DNA of 32,000 nt from an uncultured Roseburia sp. GTDB taxonomy: Bacteria; Bacillota; Clostridia; Lachnospirales; Lachnospiraceae. Shown in pieces: positions 1-8,612 of this stretch (positions are counted from its first letter, which is position 1; every line of letters begins with the position of its first letter). Under the pieces are notes generated by a model that was not told the DNA's origin, did no database searches, and worked only from the letters and a program-made list of their open reading frames with translations. The stretch covers positions 88,873 through 120,872 of the forward strand of contig CANRYS010000009.1 of the NCBI GenBank assembly GCA_947644305.1, written 5' to 3'. Position numbers and translations under genes: made by a program.

Positions 1-2684
1 GTATCTCTTACCTCTCTCGCCTTTTCCCCGAAGATCGCACGGAGAAGTCTCTCCTCTGCGGTCAGCTCTGTCTCACCCTTTGGCGTCACCTTACCCACAA
101 GGATGTCACCGGCACGAACCTCTGCACCGATACGGATGATACCCTGCTCATTCAGATCCTTCAGCGCGTCATCACCGACTCCCGGTACATCTCTGGTGAT
201 TTCTTCCGGTCCCAGTTTGGTATCCCTCGCCTCCGTCTCGTATTCTGTAATATGAACGGAAGTATAAACGTCCTCCTGTACCAGTCGCTCACTCAAGAGT
301 ACCGCATCCTCGTAGTTATAACCCTCCCAGGTCATAAATCCGATCAGAGGGTTCTTACCGAGGGCGATCTCACCGCCGGAAGTAGAAGGTCCGTCAGCGA
401 TAACCTGTCCTTTCTCAACCTGATCTCCCTTGGAAACGATCGGTCTCTGGTTCATACAGGTTCCCTGGTTACTGCGGACAAATTTAGCAAGCTTGTATTC
501 ATCTTTGTTTCCATCTTTTTTCTTAATCAGAATGCGGTTTGATTCGGCGCGCTCTATAATACCGCCTTCCTCTGCCACCACGCAGTTTCCGGAGTCCACC
601 GCCGCTTTCATCTCCATACCTGTTCCCACGGCCGGCGCCTCTGTCACAAGAAGAGGAACTGCCTGACGCTGCATGTTGGAACCCATCAGGGCACGGTTCG
701 CATCGTCGTTCTCCAGGAACGGGATCATCGCTGTCGCCACAGAAAATACCATCTTAGGCGACACATCCATATAATCAATTTTACTTCTCTGGAACTCAGA
801 GGTTTCTTCTCTGAAACGTCCCGAAATATTTTTACGCACGAAATGTCCATCCTCATCCAGCGCCTCATTCGCCTGCGCCACATGATATCTGTCCTCTTCG
901 TCTGCGGTCATATATATAACTTCATCGGTAACCACCGGATTCTCTGGATCACTCTTATCCACCTTGCGGTACGGCGCTTCTACAAATCCATACTCATTGA
1001 TTCTCGCATAGGAAGCAAGGGAGTTAATCAATCCGATGTTTGGACCTTCCGGCGTCTCGATCGGACACATTCTTCCATAATGGGAATAATGCACGTCACG
1101 CACCTCAAATCCGGCACGGTCTCTGGAAAGACCACCCGGTCCTAGGGCGGACAGACGTCTCTTGTGGGTCAGCTCCGACAATGGATTGTTCTGATCCATG
1201 AACTGTGACAGCTGAGAACTTCCGAAAAACTCCTTCACTGCTGCCGTCACCGGCTTGATGTTGATCAGCGACTGGGCAGAGATCGTGGCCACATCCTGCG
1301 TCGTCATACGCTCACGAACCACTCTCTCCATACGAGACAGACCGATACGGTACTGATTCTGAAGAAGCTCTCCCACTGCACGAATACGGCGGTTGCCCAA
1401 ATGGTCAATATCATCATCATTTCCCACACCATACTCAAGATGCATGTTATAATTGATCGAAGCAAAAATGTCTTCTTTCGTAATATGTTTCGGTATTAAA
1501 TCTGCTATGTTCTTTTTGATTGCTTCGTATCTTTCTTCATCTGTCGTATACTCATCCATAATCTCTTTCAGACGTGGATAGTATACATCTTCTGTCACAC
1601 CTAATTCTTTTTTATCTGCATTTGGTAAAAATGCATGTAAATCAACCATCATATTGGAGAGTATTTTTACAACCCGTTCCTCTGTCTGTATCATCACAAA
1701 TGGAACCGCTGTGTTCTGGATCTCTGTCGCTTTTTCCTCAGAAATTATCATTCCTGCTTCAGCTACAACTTCACCCGTCATCACATCTACTACATCTTCT
1801 GCCAGAGTAAATCCGGTGATGCGGTTGCGGAACGCAAGCTTTTTATTGAATTTATAGCGTCCAACCTTCGCCAGATCATAACGTCTCACATCAAAAAACA
1901 TGCTGTTAATCAGACTTTCTGCACTGTCCACAGACAATGGCTCACCGGGACGAAGCTTTTTATACAGCTCAAGAAGACCATCCTGATAATTTTCAGATGC
2001 ATCCTTGGCAAAACTAGCAACAATCTTCGGCTCCTCACCAAACAGATCGAGAATCTCCTGATTGGTTCCCACACCAAGGGCACGGATCAGCACAGTGATC
2101 GGCACCTTACGGTTACGGTCTACACGCACATAAAAAATATCATTGGAGTCCGTCTCATATTCCAGCCATGCACCACGGTTTGGAATGACCGTGGAAGAAT
2201 ACAGTTCCTTACCAATTTTATCATGAGCAATTCCGTAATAAATACCAGGAGAACGAACGAGCTGGCTTACGATAACACGCTCCGCACCATTGATCACAAA
2301 GGTTCCCGTAGCAGTCATAAGCGGCAGATCACCCATGAAAATATCATGCTCACTGATTTCTTCTGTTTCTTTATTGTGAAGTCTTACCTTCACTTTCAGC
2401 GGAGCAGCGTATGTGGCATCCCGTTCCTTACAGGCCTCAATAGAATATTTCACATCATCTCTGCACAGCTCGAAACTTACAAATTCAAGGCTGAGATTCC
2501 CGTTGTAATCTGAAATCGGGGAAATATCACGAAAAACTTCATTTAAACCTTCTTCCAAAAACCATTTGTATGAATCTGTCTGAACCGCAATGAGGTTTGG
2601 CATCTCCAATACTTCTTTTTGCTTTGAGTAACTCATTCTGACGCCTTTGCCCACTTTGACAGGACGTATTCTGTTTTTCTCCAT
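1..2684 (-). CDS. rpoB: DNA-directed RNA polymerase beta subunit, N-terminal ~894 codons; continues past the left edge
   Basis: Absent from the ORF track because there is no stop in the window. My minus-strand translation from ATG 2684 reads [47 protein letters not shown]... and stays open to position 1 (...[15 protein letters not shown]). It contains canonical RpoB blocks [21 protein letters not shown] and [47 protein letters not shown] lies at 2696-2700 on the minus strand. Confidence 0.97.
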   Translation of the reverse strand, partial: MEKNRIRPVKVGKGVRMSYSKQKEVLEMPNLIAVQTDSYKWFLEEGLNEVFRDISPISDYNGNLSLEFVSFELCRDDVKYSIEACKERDATYAAPLKVKVRLHNKETEEISEHDIFMGDLPLMTATGTFVINGAERVIVSQLVRSPGIYYGIAHDKIGKELYSSTVIPNRGAWLEYETDSNDIFYVRVDRNRKVPITVLIRALGVGTNQEILDLFGEEPKIVASFAKDASENYQDGLLELYKKLRPGEPLSVDSAESLINSMFFDVRRYDLAKVGRYKFNKKLAFRNRITGFTLAEDVVDVMTGEVVAEAGMIISEEKATEIQNTAVPFVMIQTEERVVKILSNMMVDLHAFLPNADKKELGVTEDVYYPRLKEIMDEYTTDEERYEAIKKNIADLIPKHITKEDIFASINYNMHLEYGVGNDDDIDHLGNRRIRAVGELLQNQYRIGLSRMERVVRERMTTQDVATISAQSLINIKPVTAAVKEFFGSSQLSQFMDQNNPLSELTHKRRLSALGPGGLSRDRAGFEVRDVHYSHYGRMCPIETPEGPNIGLINSLASYARINEYGFVEAPYRKVDKSDPENPVVTDEVIYMTADEEDRYHVAQANEALDEDGHFVRKNISGRFREETSEFQRSKIDYMDVSPKMVFSVATAMIPFLENDDANRALMGSNMQRQAVPLLVTEAPAVGTGMEMKAAVDSGNCVVAEEGGIIERAESNRILIKKKDGNKDEYKLAKFVRSNQGTCMNQRPIVSKGDQVEKGQVIADGPSTSGGEIALGKNPLIGFMTWEGYNYEDAVLLSERLVQEDVYTSVHITEYETEARDTKLGPEEITRDVPGVGDDALKDLNEQGIIRIGAEVRAGDILVGKVTPKGETELTAEERLLRAIFGEKAREVRD

Positions 2685-2778
2685 TGATGATTTCACTCCT
2701 TGTTTTTTTTACAGAACTGTGCTATAATGAATTTACATAGGGCTAATACTCCTAATTTACCACAATACTGTATATTCC

Positions 2779-2807
2779 ATCTTACCACAGTTGTAGAGCG
2801 GTGTCAA
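2779..2807 (-). promoter_or_regulatory. sigma-A type promoter for rpoB
   Basis: On the minus strand: TTGACA (2802-2807), a 17-nt spacer, then TAAGAT (2779-2784) preceded by TGg (extended -10). This predicts a leader of roughly 90 nt before ATG 2684. Confidence 0.6.
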
Positions 2808-2853
2808 TATAAAATTGGCACTTTTTTTGTATTTAGAAAAGTTAAGCAGAAAA

Positions 2854-2980
2854 GAAAAAACCACAGCAGAAAGAGTGCGAAGCACTCCCCCCCACAGGAC
2901 CAGGCATCGGGCAAATTCATTTGTACCGATGCCTGGTCCTGTGGGGGACATACTCCCATGTTTTCTGCTGTGGTTTTTTC
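2854..2980 (-). terminator. 127-bp composite palindrome; probable intrinsic terminator of the 3220-4905 gene on the minus strand
   Basis: A perfect 22-bp stem (2889-2910 / 2926-2947, 15-nt loop) is nested inside a second perfect 19-bp arm pair (2854-2872 / 2962-2980). On the minus strand the long hairpin is followed by the mini-hairpin GAGTGC-TTC-GCACTC (2873-2887) and a U-rich run, TTTCTGCTGTGGTTTTTTCTTTT. Confidence 0.45.
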
Positions 2981-3212
2981 TCTCCTCTATTTAACGCTCA
3001 ACCCAAGCGAGATGCAGGCGGCTTGCCCGCCGGAATCGAGCTTGGCGCGCCATGCAAATTCATTTGCTTTGGCACCTGTTTCTCCAGGGGACATACTCCT
3101 GTGTTTTCTGCTGTGGTTTTTTCTCTCCTCTATTTAACGCTCAACCCAAGCGAGATGCAGGCGGCTTGCCCGCCGGAATCGAGCTTGGCGCGCCATGCAA
3201 ATTCATTTGCTC
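2911..3212. repeat. Tandem repeat, period 143 bp, about 2.1 units
   Basis: 2944-3068 and 3087-3211 match at 123 of 125 nt (hand alignment). A 14-bp palindrome GCAAATTCATTTGC/T sits at 2911, 3054 and 3197, exactly 143 bp apart. Each unit carries a 43-nt hairpin with symmetric internal loops, CCAAGC-GA-GAT-GCA-GGCGG-CTTGC-CCGCC-GGA-ATC-GA-GCTTGG (3003-3045 and 3146-3188). The 19-nt linkers after the palindrome have diverged. Confidence 0.9.
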
Positions 3213-3219
3213 TGGTTCC

Positions 3220-4905
3220 CTACTTCCTCACCATACACTCTTTCCGGTAAAAACTCACACCATATTTTTTTATATTGTCATACCCTTCGGCGCGAAGTTC
3301 TGCCTCATAATCCATTTCCTCGATCTGTTTCAATGCGTCATAACACTTCTGTTCCATTCCCTGAAAACAGTCCGATACTTTTAATTCCAGTATAATGGCC
3401 TCGCCGCGAACAGATGGTGTTTTTAATAGGATATCTGGTCGTCCAATCCCACTTTCACGATTCGACATAACAAGGTATTTTCCAGCTCCTTTCAAAATAC
3501 CTGCCAGAAAACCGTGATAATAATTCTCTGCATAGTCATAAAAACTAATGGTCTCTAAAAGTTGTTTGTTAATAAATGTCTCAATCTTCTCGCAATCCCC
3601 CTTCTCCAAAGCAGATATCAATTCCGACCGCTCCAGATTCTTAACTCTTTTATCAAACCACGTAAGAATCGTTCTCTTATAAATCGTGCGGATTTCCGTA
3701 TTAGGAATCATAAGTTTCATATAATTTGTATCATCCTCAAGACTTCCACCACCAGCTTTTAGATAGCCGGTAAAATAAAGAAAGTTCCAAAGGTTATCCT
3801 GCGAATCATAAATGGAATCATAGGTAATATCTTCATACACTGGTTTTTTGATCATCCCTCCGGCAATCAGCTTTTCAATTTCTTGACGCACCTCCGAATC
3901 CGCATTCTCTACCAGCTCTTTAACAATACTATTGGAAGAAGTATTAGACCAATATGGTCTGGGGATTGCATCCCGGTTTGCCAGAGAAACCTTTACATAA
4001 TTTAAAATACTCCAGGGATTATAAATATCTGTTTCCCCAAAACGGTAACCATCATACCAATTTTTTACCTCAGCAAATTTATCTTCTAAATCATAAAAGG
4101 AAAGAATCTCTTTTACCTCTTTTTCTGTAAACCCAAAACTGTCTACATACCAAGGATTTAAAATGGAGTATATTTCCAAATTATTTAATCCAGTAAAAAT
4201 ACTCTCACGACTGATCCGAAGACACCCTGTTATAACGGAAAACTCCAGATTAGGATTTGTTTTTAACGCAGATTCAAATAGAGAGCGGATGTATCCTGTC
4301 ATTTTTTCATAAAATCCCTCAAAGTAAGCATTCTCCAACGGTACATCATATTCATCCAGCAATATAATCGTCCGCACTCCATGATATTTTGTAAGGCAAG
4401 AGGATAAAAAATCCAGCGATTTCGCATATTCCACCTCCAGCGCCTTCTGATTCATTACCGCCTTAAACCGTGTTTTATCATTTTCAGAAATTCTTTCGCA
4501 GGACAGAATATATGCGTGCCGTTTATATTCCTTAGCAATCTCATCCACAAGACTTGCGACCGCCAGCTCAAATGTCGGCTGCTTCGCAGCTTTCAATGAC
4601 AAATTGATCACTGGATATTTTCCCTGCTGGTCCATATACTCCCTGCCACACGCCGCAATTTCTAACCCATCAAACAAATAAGCATTTTGAATCTCTTCTC
4701 CGTCTTCATTCAGTTCTTTTTCAAAAAATCTCCTTATCATACTAAGGTTTAATGTCTTCCCAAAACGCCTTGGTCGTGTAAATAAATTAACACTTCCTTT
4801 ATTATCTATTAAATGTTTCATCATGAATGACTTATCAACATAGTACATATTTCCATCGATAATCCGCTTAAAATCTTCAAAACCAATTGGCACTGATTTT
4901 TTCAA
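3220..4905 (-). CDS. AAA-ATPase_like + C-terminal PD-(D/E)XK nuclease (PDDEXK_9 type) protein, function unknown
   Basis: ORF 3220..4950. The N-terminus KKSVPIGFEDFKRIIDGNMYYVDKS...FTRPRRFGKTL (P-loop-like) and IILLDEYDVP (Walker B-like) are typical of the 'predicted AAA-ATPase' family. The C-terminus GRPDILL...ILELKV fits D...ExK. The start was moved to TTG 4905, which has AAGGTGA 5 nt upstream. The track start at 4950 is also TTG but has no RBS. Confidence 0.75.
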   Translation of the reverse strand: MKKSVPIGFEDFKRIIDGNMYYVDKSFMMKHLIDNKGSVNLFTRPRRFGKTLNLSMIRRFFEKELNEDGEEIQNAYLFDGLEIAACGREYMDQQGKYPVINLSLKAAKQPTFELAVASLVDEIAKEYKRHAYILSCERISENDKTRFKAVMNQKALEVEYAKSLDFLSSCLTKYHGVRTIILLDEYDVPLENAYFEGFYEKMTGYIRSLFESALKTNPNLEFSVITGCLRISRESIFTGLNNLEIYSILNPWYVDSFGFTEKEVKEILSFYDLEDKFAEVKNWYDGYRFGETDIYNPWSILNYVKVSLANRDAIPRPYWSNTSSNSIVKELVENADSEVRQEIEKLIAGGMIKKPVYEDITYDSIYDSQDNLWNFLYFTGYLKAGGGSLEDDTNYMKLMIPNTEIRTIYKRTILTWFDKRVKNLERSELISALEKGDCEKIETFINKQLLETISFYDYAENYYHGFLAGILKGAGKYLVMSNRESGIGRPDILLKTPSVRGEAIILELKVSDCFQGMEQKCYDALKQIEEMDYEAELRAEGYDNIKKYGVSFYRKECMVRK

Positions 4906-5073
4906 AATAATCACCTTCTCTCTTTCAGCAGCAATCGTTTTTATATACAAGTTATCTTACCATATCTTTTCAAAGATGCAAAGGAAATTCAAGGTTTCTT
5001 CGTACCACCTTCATCATATTTCCAACTTTCACCCATATAATATATCAATTGCTCTGCCCCTGGGGTGACTCCT

Positions 5074-6855
5074 ATGAAAACGATCAGGCACAGCCTTCAA
5101 AAATTATTTTTTTCCATCCTTCTAGCCACCAGCCTTCTTCTTACAGCGTGTTCCACTGGCGGCAAAACCTCTCCAGAAAGCCCAACATCACAATCTACCG
5201 AAAGCAAAGAATTTACAGAATTTACAGACCAACTTTTCCGAGAAACCGTCTCTTCCGACGCCCTATCACTAAATTATACCCTGTCAAAGCCGGACAAATA
5301 TGGTATCAGCCCAACCTGCGGTGGATTCACACCCATTTCCCTTGATTCTTTGAAAAATGCGGCGCCTGAGACAGAAAATCTTCTGTATTCCCTGAAAGAA
5401 TTTGATAAGTCCGAACTCACACTGCCGCAGCAGCTTCTCTATGACTCCCTTACCTACACACTGGAAATGGACAAAAAAGGCGCTGATTTTATACTATTTT
5501 CCCGGCCGCTCTCTCCGGTCACGGGACTGCAGGCACAGCTTCCAGTACTTTTAGCGGAATATAATTTTGACTCTGTAGAAGATATTCAAAACTATTTTTC
5601 CCTCCTCGAATCCATCCCTGGATACTTTGAATCTGTGCTCTCTTTCTTAGAAATCCAGGCGAAAGAACATATGCTTCCAAGCCGGGACACGCTGGAAACG
5701 ATCGCGGGGCAATGTCTTTCCTTCACCCAGAACAACGGAAGCAGAATCCTGCTCACTTCTTTCCGTTCCCGGACTAAATCCTGCACGTTTCTTGACAGTA
5801 ATGCGAAGAAAAATTATCGCAAAAAAAATAAGGAACTGGTACGTTCCTGTATCACCCCTGCATATGAGCAGCTAATTCATGGTCTGACGGTCATCTCGGC
5901 CATGGCTGGAACGGATGGCGCCCTTTCTTCCTATCCAAAGGGAAAGGAATACTACAGCCATCTCTTCGCCCAGGAGTCCGGTTCCTCTGTCGGTGTGGAA
6001 GAGTACTTTCAGATTCTAAATGACAGGCTTAATAAATCTAGAAATACCCTGCTATCCTATGCAAAAAAAGATCCCACTCTTTTCAGTGGCCTGAGTACAA
6101 AAGCCTCAGGAAATCTCACTCCAGAAGAACGTCTGACTTCTCTTTCCACCGCCATCCTCAAAGACTTCCCACAGGCTGCTGACGTAAACTTTACTGTCTC
6201 CTATGTGGATAAATCGCTGGAAGATTATCTGAGCCCCGCCTTTTATCTGACCCCGCCCCTGGACGCATTTACGGAAAATGTCATCTATATCAACAATAGC
6301 AGCCGGTTTGCCGGCTCGGATATCTCCACCACCCTTGCCCATGAGGGATACCCTGGCCACCTTTATCAGAATGTCTTTCACCGCCAGCAAAATCACCCTC
6401 TCCTCTCCTACGCCCTGAATTTTAGCGGCTATACTGAGGGTTGGGCGACTTATGCTGAATTGTATTCCTACAAATATTTGGGGTATTCCAAGGACGAGGT
6501 GGGGATTCTGAGAAACAACATGATCGTTTCCCTGTGTATTTATGGGATCTGTGACATTGGAATTCATTACTATGGATGGGATGAAAAGAAAGTGCTGGAA
6601 TTTTTGAATCAGAATGGGAATTATCCAGAAGACACGGCCCATTCCCTCTATAAAAATATTATTGACGAACCCGGCTCTTACCTAAAATACACCATTGGTT
6701 ATATGGAATTTGCCAAATTAAAGGATGCCGCTAGAAAACAGATGGGAAAGAATTTCTCGGAAAAATCCTTTCACCAATATGTGCTGTCTGCCGGACCGGC
6801 ACCCTTTCCTGTACTTGAGAGCTATATGAAACAATTCTGGCCAGTGCAAAATTAA
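5074..6855 (+). CDS. DUF885-family lipoprotein (metallopeptidase-like HExxPGH motif)
   Basis: ORF 5065..6855. ATG 5074 is preferred (GGGGTG upstream; the track start is GTG). Signal peptide with lipobox LLLTAC. HEGYPGHLYQ matches the DUF885 signature. Confidence 0.8.
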   Translation: MKTIRHSLQKLFFSILLATSLLLTACSTGGKTSPESPTSQSTESKEFTEFTDQLFRETVSSDALSLNYTLSKPDKYGISPTCGGFTPISLDSLKNAAPETENLLYSLKEFDKSELTLPQQLLYDSLTYTLEMDKKGADFILFSRPLSPVTGLQAQLPVLLAEYNFDSVEDIQNYFSLLESIPGYFESVLSFLEIQAKEHMLPSRDTLETIAGQCLSFTQNNGSRILLTSFRSRTKSCTFLDSNAKKNYRKKNKELVRSCITPAYEQLIHGLTVISAMAGTDGALSSYPKGKEYYSHLFAQESGSSVGVEEYFQILNDRLNKSRNTLLSYAKKDPTLFSGLSTKASGNLTPEERLTSLSTAILKDFPQAADVNFTVSYVDKSLEDYLSPAFYLTPPLDAFTENVIYINNSSRFAGSDISTTLAHEGYPGHLYQNVFHRQQNHPLLSYALNFSGYTEGWATYAELYSYKYLGYSKDEVGILRNNMIVSLCIYGICDIGIHYYGWDEKKVLEFLNQNGNYPEDTAHSLYKNIIDEPGSYLKYTIGYMEFAKLKDAARKQMGKNFSEKSFHQYVLSAGPAPFPVLESYMKQFWPVQN

Positions 6856-6895
6856 CCGATAAAATGTATTACCTTAGTTCAATTGCGCCATCGGG

Positions 6896-7828
6896 TTACG
6901 TAAACCACCGCCTGGCGATCCAGTCCCAGATATCCTCCTGGGTCGTCTCATAATCCAACTCATTCAGGAGCTCATGCCTTGCTCCTGGGTACAGGCGGCA
7001 GGTTATATCCCCAACGCCGGCGCGTTGATAACTTTGCGCCACCGCCTTGACACTCTTCCCATAATTTCCCACCGGGTCCTCCTGCCCCGCCACAAAAAAC
7101 ATGGGAAGGGAATGAGGCAGACGGCGAATATTATCCTTGTCCTGCACAAAAGAAATCACCTCAAATAAAGTGCGGTATCCATTTAATGTAAAAGTAAACT
7201 TACAATAGGGATGCGCCAGATACTTGTCCACTTCTTTCTCATCCCTCGACAGCCAGTCCGATGGTGTACGCGCCGGTCGGATGCGGATGTTATACAGTGC
7301 AAAACAAAGTTTTTCCAGAAGCCAACTGTGAGCCCGTTCTCCCTTTGTACGGATCAGTGCTCTCACAAGCGCTCTTCCCACCTTTAAGAGAAATTCCGGT
7401 TTGCTTCCTGTCCCCATAAGAATCAGACCATCCAGCTCTTTTCCATAGGTCATAGCATAACGTCTCGCCATAAAAGATCCCATACTGTGTCCCATGAGAA
7501 TAAATGGTACATCCGTGTATTTTCTGCGGGCATACTGGCTCACCCGGTGCAGATCCCGTACTACATAGCCACTCCCATCTTTCGGGGCAAAATAACCATA
7601 ATTCTTTTCTGCCGCTGTCTCACCGTGTCCCAGATGATCATTTCCGATCACCACAAATCCCTTTTCCGCCATAAATCTGGCAAAACGATCGTATCGGTCA
7701 ATATATTCTATCATTCCGTGGGAAATCTGCAGGATTCCCCGTACCTCTTCCTCCGGCTTCCACTCCACCAGATGAAGCTTGTCTGTTCCGTTGGAAGATG
7801 ACATATAATACTCTGTTTTTTGAACCAT
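6896..7828 (-). CDS. alpha/beta hydrolase, lysophospholipase / monoacylglycerol-lipase-like
   Basis: ORF 6896..7843. Nucleophile elbow GHSMGS, an HGMIEY...GNDHLGHGET block, and a C-terminal GARHELLNE. ATG 7828 is preferred over the GTG track start; the exact start is uncertain. Confidence 0.8.
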   Translation of the reverse strand: MVQKTEYYMSSSNGTDKLHLVEWKPEEEVRGILQISHGMIEYIDRYDRFARFMAEKGFVVIGNDHLGHGETAAEKNYGYFAPKDGSGYVVRDLHRVSQYARRKYTDVPFILMGHSMGSFMARRYAMTYGKELDGLILMGTGSKPEFLLKVGRALVRALIRTKGERAHSWLLEKLCFALYNIRIRPARTPSDWLSRDEKEVDKYLAHPYCKFTFTLNGYRTLFEVISFVQDKDNIRRLPHSLPMFFVAGQEDPVGNYGKSVKAVAQSYQRAGVGDITCRLYPGARHELLNELDYETTQEDIWDWIARRWFT

Positions 7829-7876
7829 ATCTCTTACCTGCACTTTGCCAATAGTTTCTTTAACAGACTTACGCCT

Positions 7877-8524
7877 TTACTCTATCTCCAGACCTGAAAC
7901 AAAGACCGGCAACCTTTTCTGGAATTCTTCGTATACCAGTCCCGCCACCTCCCGCATCTGCGGATGTGCATGAGAATCCACACGCAGCCTGAAAAAATTC
8001 CTCCAGGAACGCAGATTCATTGTAACCACGATCTCCGTCTTCAATGAGTTTGGAAGCACCGACCGCGCTTCCTGAGGAGAAGCACCCAATTCAAGCATTC
8101 GGAAATATGCCTTTTCTGCATCTTCCATCGCCTTCGTCCAGACCTCGTATTTTGCCTTTTCATTTTCTTTGGACAGGTCATATTCAAAACCGCTGGCAAG
8201 ATCGATCACTGTAATCTGATTGTCAAATTTGTCCCCAGCGTAGTTACAGTAACGAGTACTCTCTTGGCTATAACTGGCGATACGGTGCCGCACGATCTCA
8301 TGACTCACTCCCCGGTCACAGATCATTCGGATGGTCACAGATTCATGCTCGATCACAGATTCATGCTGTCTTGTCAAAAGCGCCCGAATAAATTTCTCTG
8401 CCGAATCCTCTGTGATCCTCCCCTCGCTCTTATAGCATACACGACCAATCTTTTCTATCTTCCTTAAAATATTCTCATAACTGTCCATGTCAATGATTTC
8501 AATACTTGGTTTGATTACTTGCAT
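7877..8524 (-). CDS. thyX: FAD-dependent thymidylate synthase
   Basis: ThyX signature RHRIASYSQESTRY. The start was set to ATG 8524 (MQVIKPSIEII...), with AGGAGG at 8532-8537 on the minus strand. The longer track ORF (to 8719) would overlap the 3' end of glgB. Confidence 0.9.
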   Translation of the reverse strand: MQVIKPSIEIIDMDSYENILRKIEKIGRVCYKSEGRITEDSAEKFIRALLTRQHESVIEHESVTIRMICDRGVSHEIVRHRIASYSQESTRYCNYAGDKFDNQITVIDLASGFEYDLSKENEKAKYEVWTKAMEDAEKAYFRMLELGASPQEARSVLPNSLKTEIVVTMNLRSWRNFFRLRVDSHAHPQMREVAGLVYEEFQKRLPVFVSGLEIE

Positions 8525-8581
8525 CCCAATTTCCTCCTGCCTTCTTGTACGTCTCTCTTTCTCCTGATACGAGGGACAAAA

Positions 8582-8606
8582 AGCATTTTGACCTTTTGAC
8601 CCTAGC
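8582..8606 (-). repeat. 25-nt intergenic motif, copy 1 (gene-sense reading GCTAGGGTCAAAAGGTCAAAATGCT)
   Basis: The 18-nt core is identical, and 23 of 25 nt overall, to the copy at 19885-19909 on the other strand. It lies between the glgB stop (8613-8615) and the thyX start (8524). Confidence 0.85.
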
Positions 8607-8612
8607 ATCATA

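Noticed and set aside
2911-3212. The possibility that the regularly spaced repeats are a CRISPR array.
   Set aside because: The repeat unit is 143 bp with nearly no unique spacer; only a 19-nt divergent linker separates units. There are two units only, and no cas genes or leader.
2700-3395. A stack of plus-strand ORFs (145, 109, 110 and 66 aa) and a 64-aa minus-strand ORF across the rpoB upstream region.
   Set aside because: They are translations of the tandem repeat: the same peptide LYLTLNPSEMQAACPPESSLARHANSF recurs. They lack RBSs, overlap each other in different frames and overlap the rpoB promoter. The region is treated as non-coding repeat.
6106-6642. A 178-aa minus-strand ORF inside the DUF885 gene, and similar antisense ORFs inside glgB, pgcA, the kinases and the permease.
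   Set aside because: None has recognisable motifs or an RBS. All are embedded antisense in genes with strong family signatures, so they are typical shadow ORFs.
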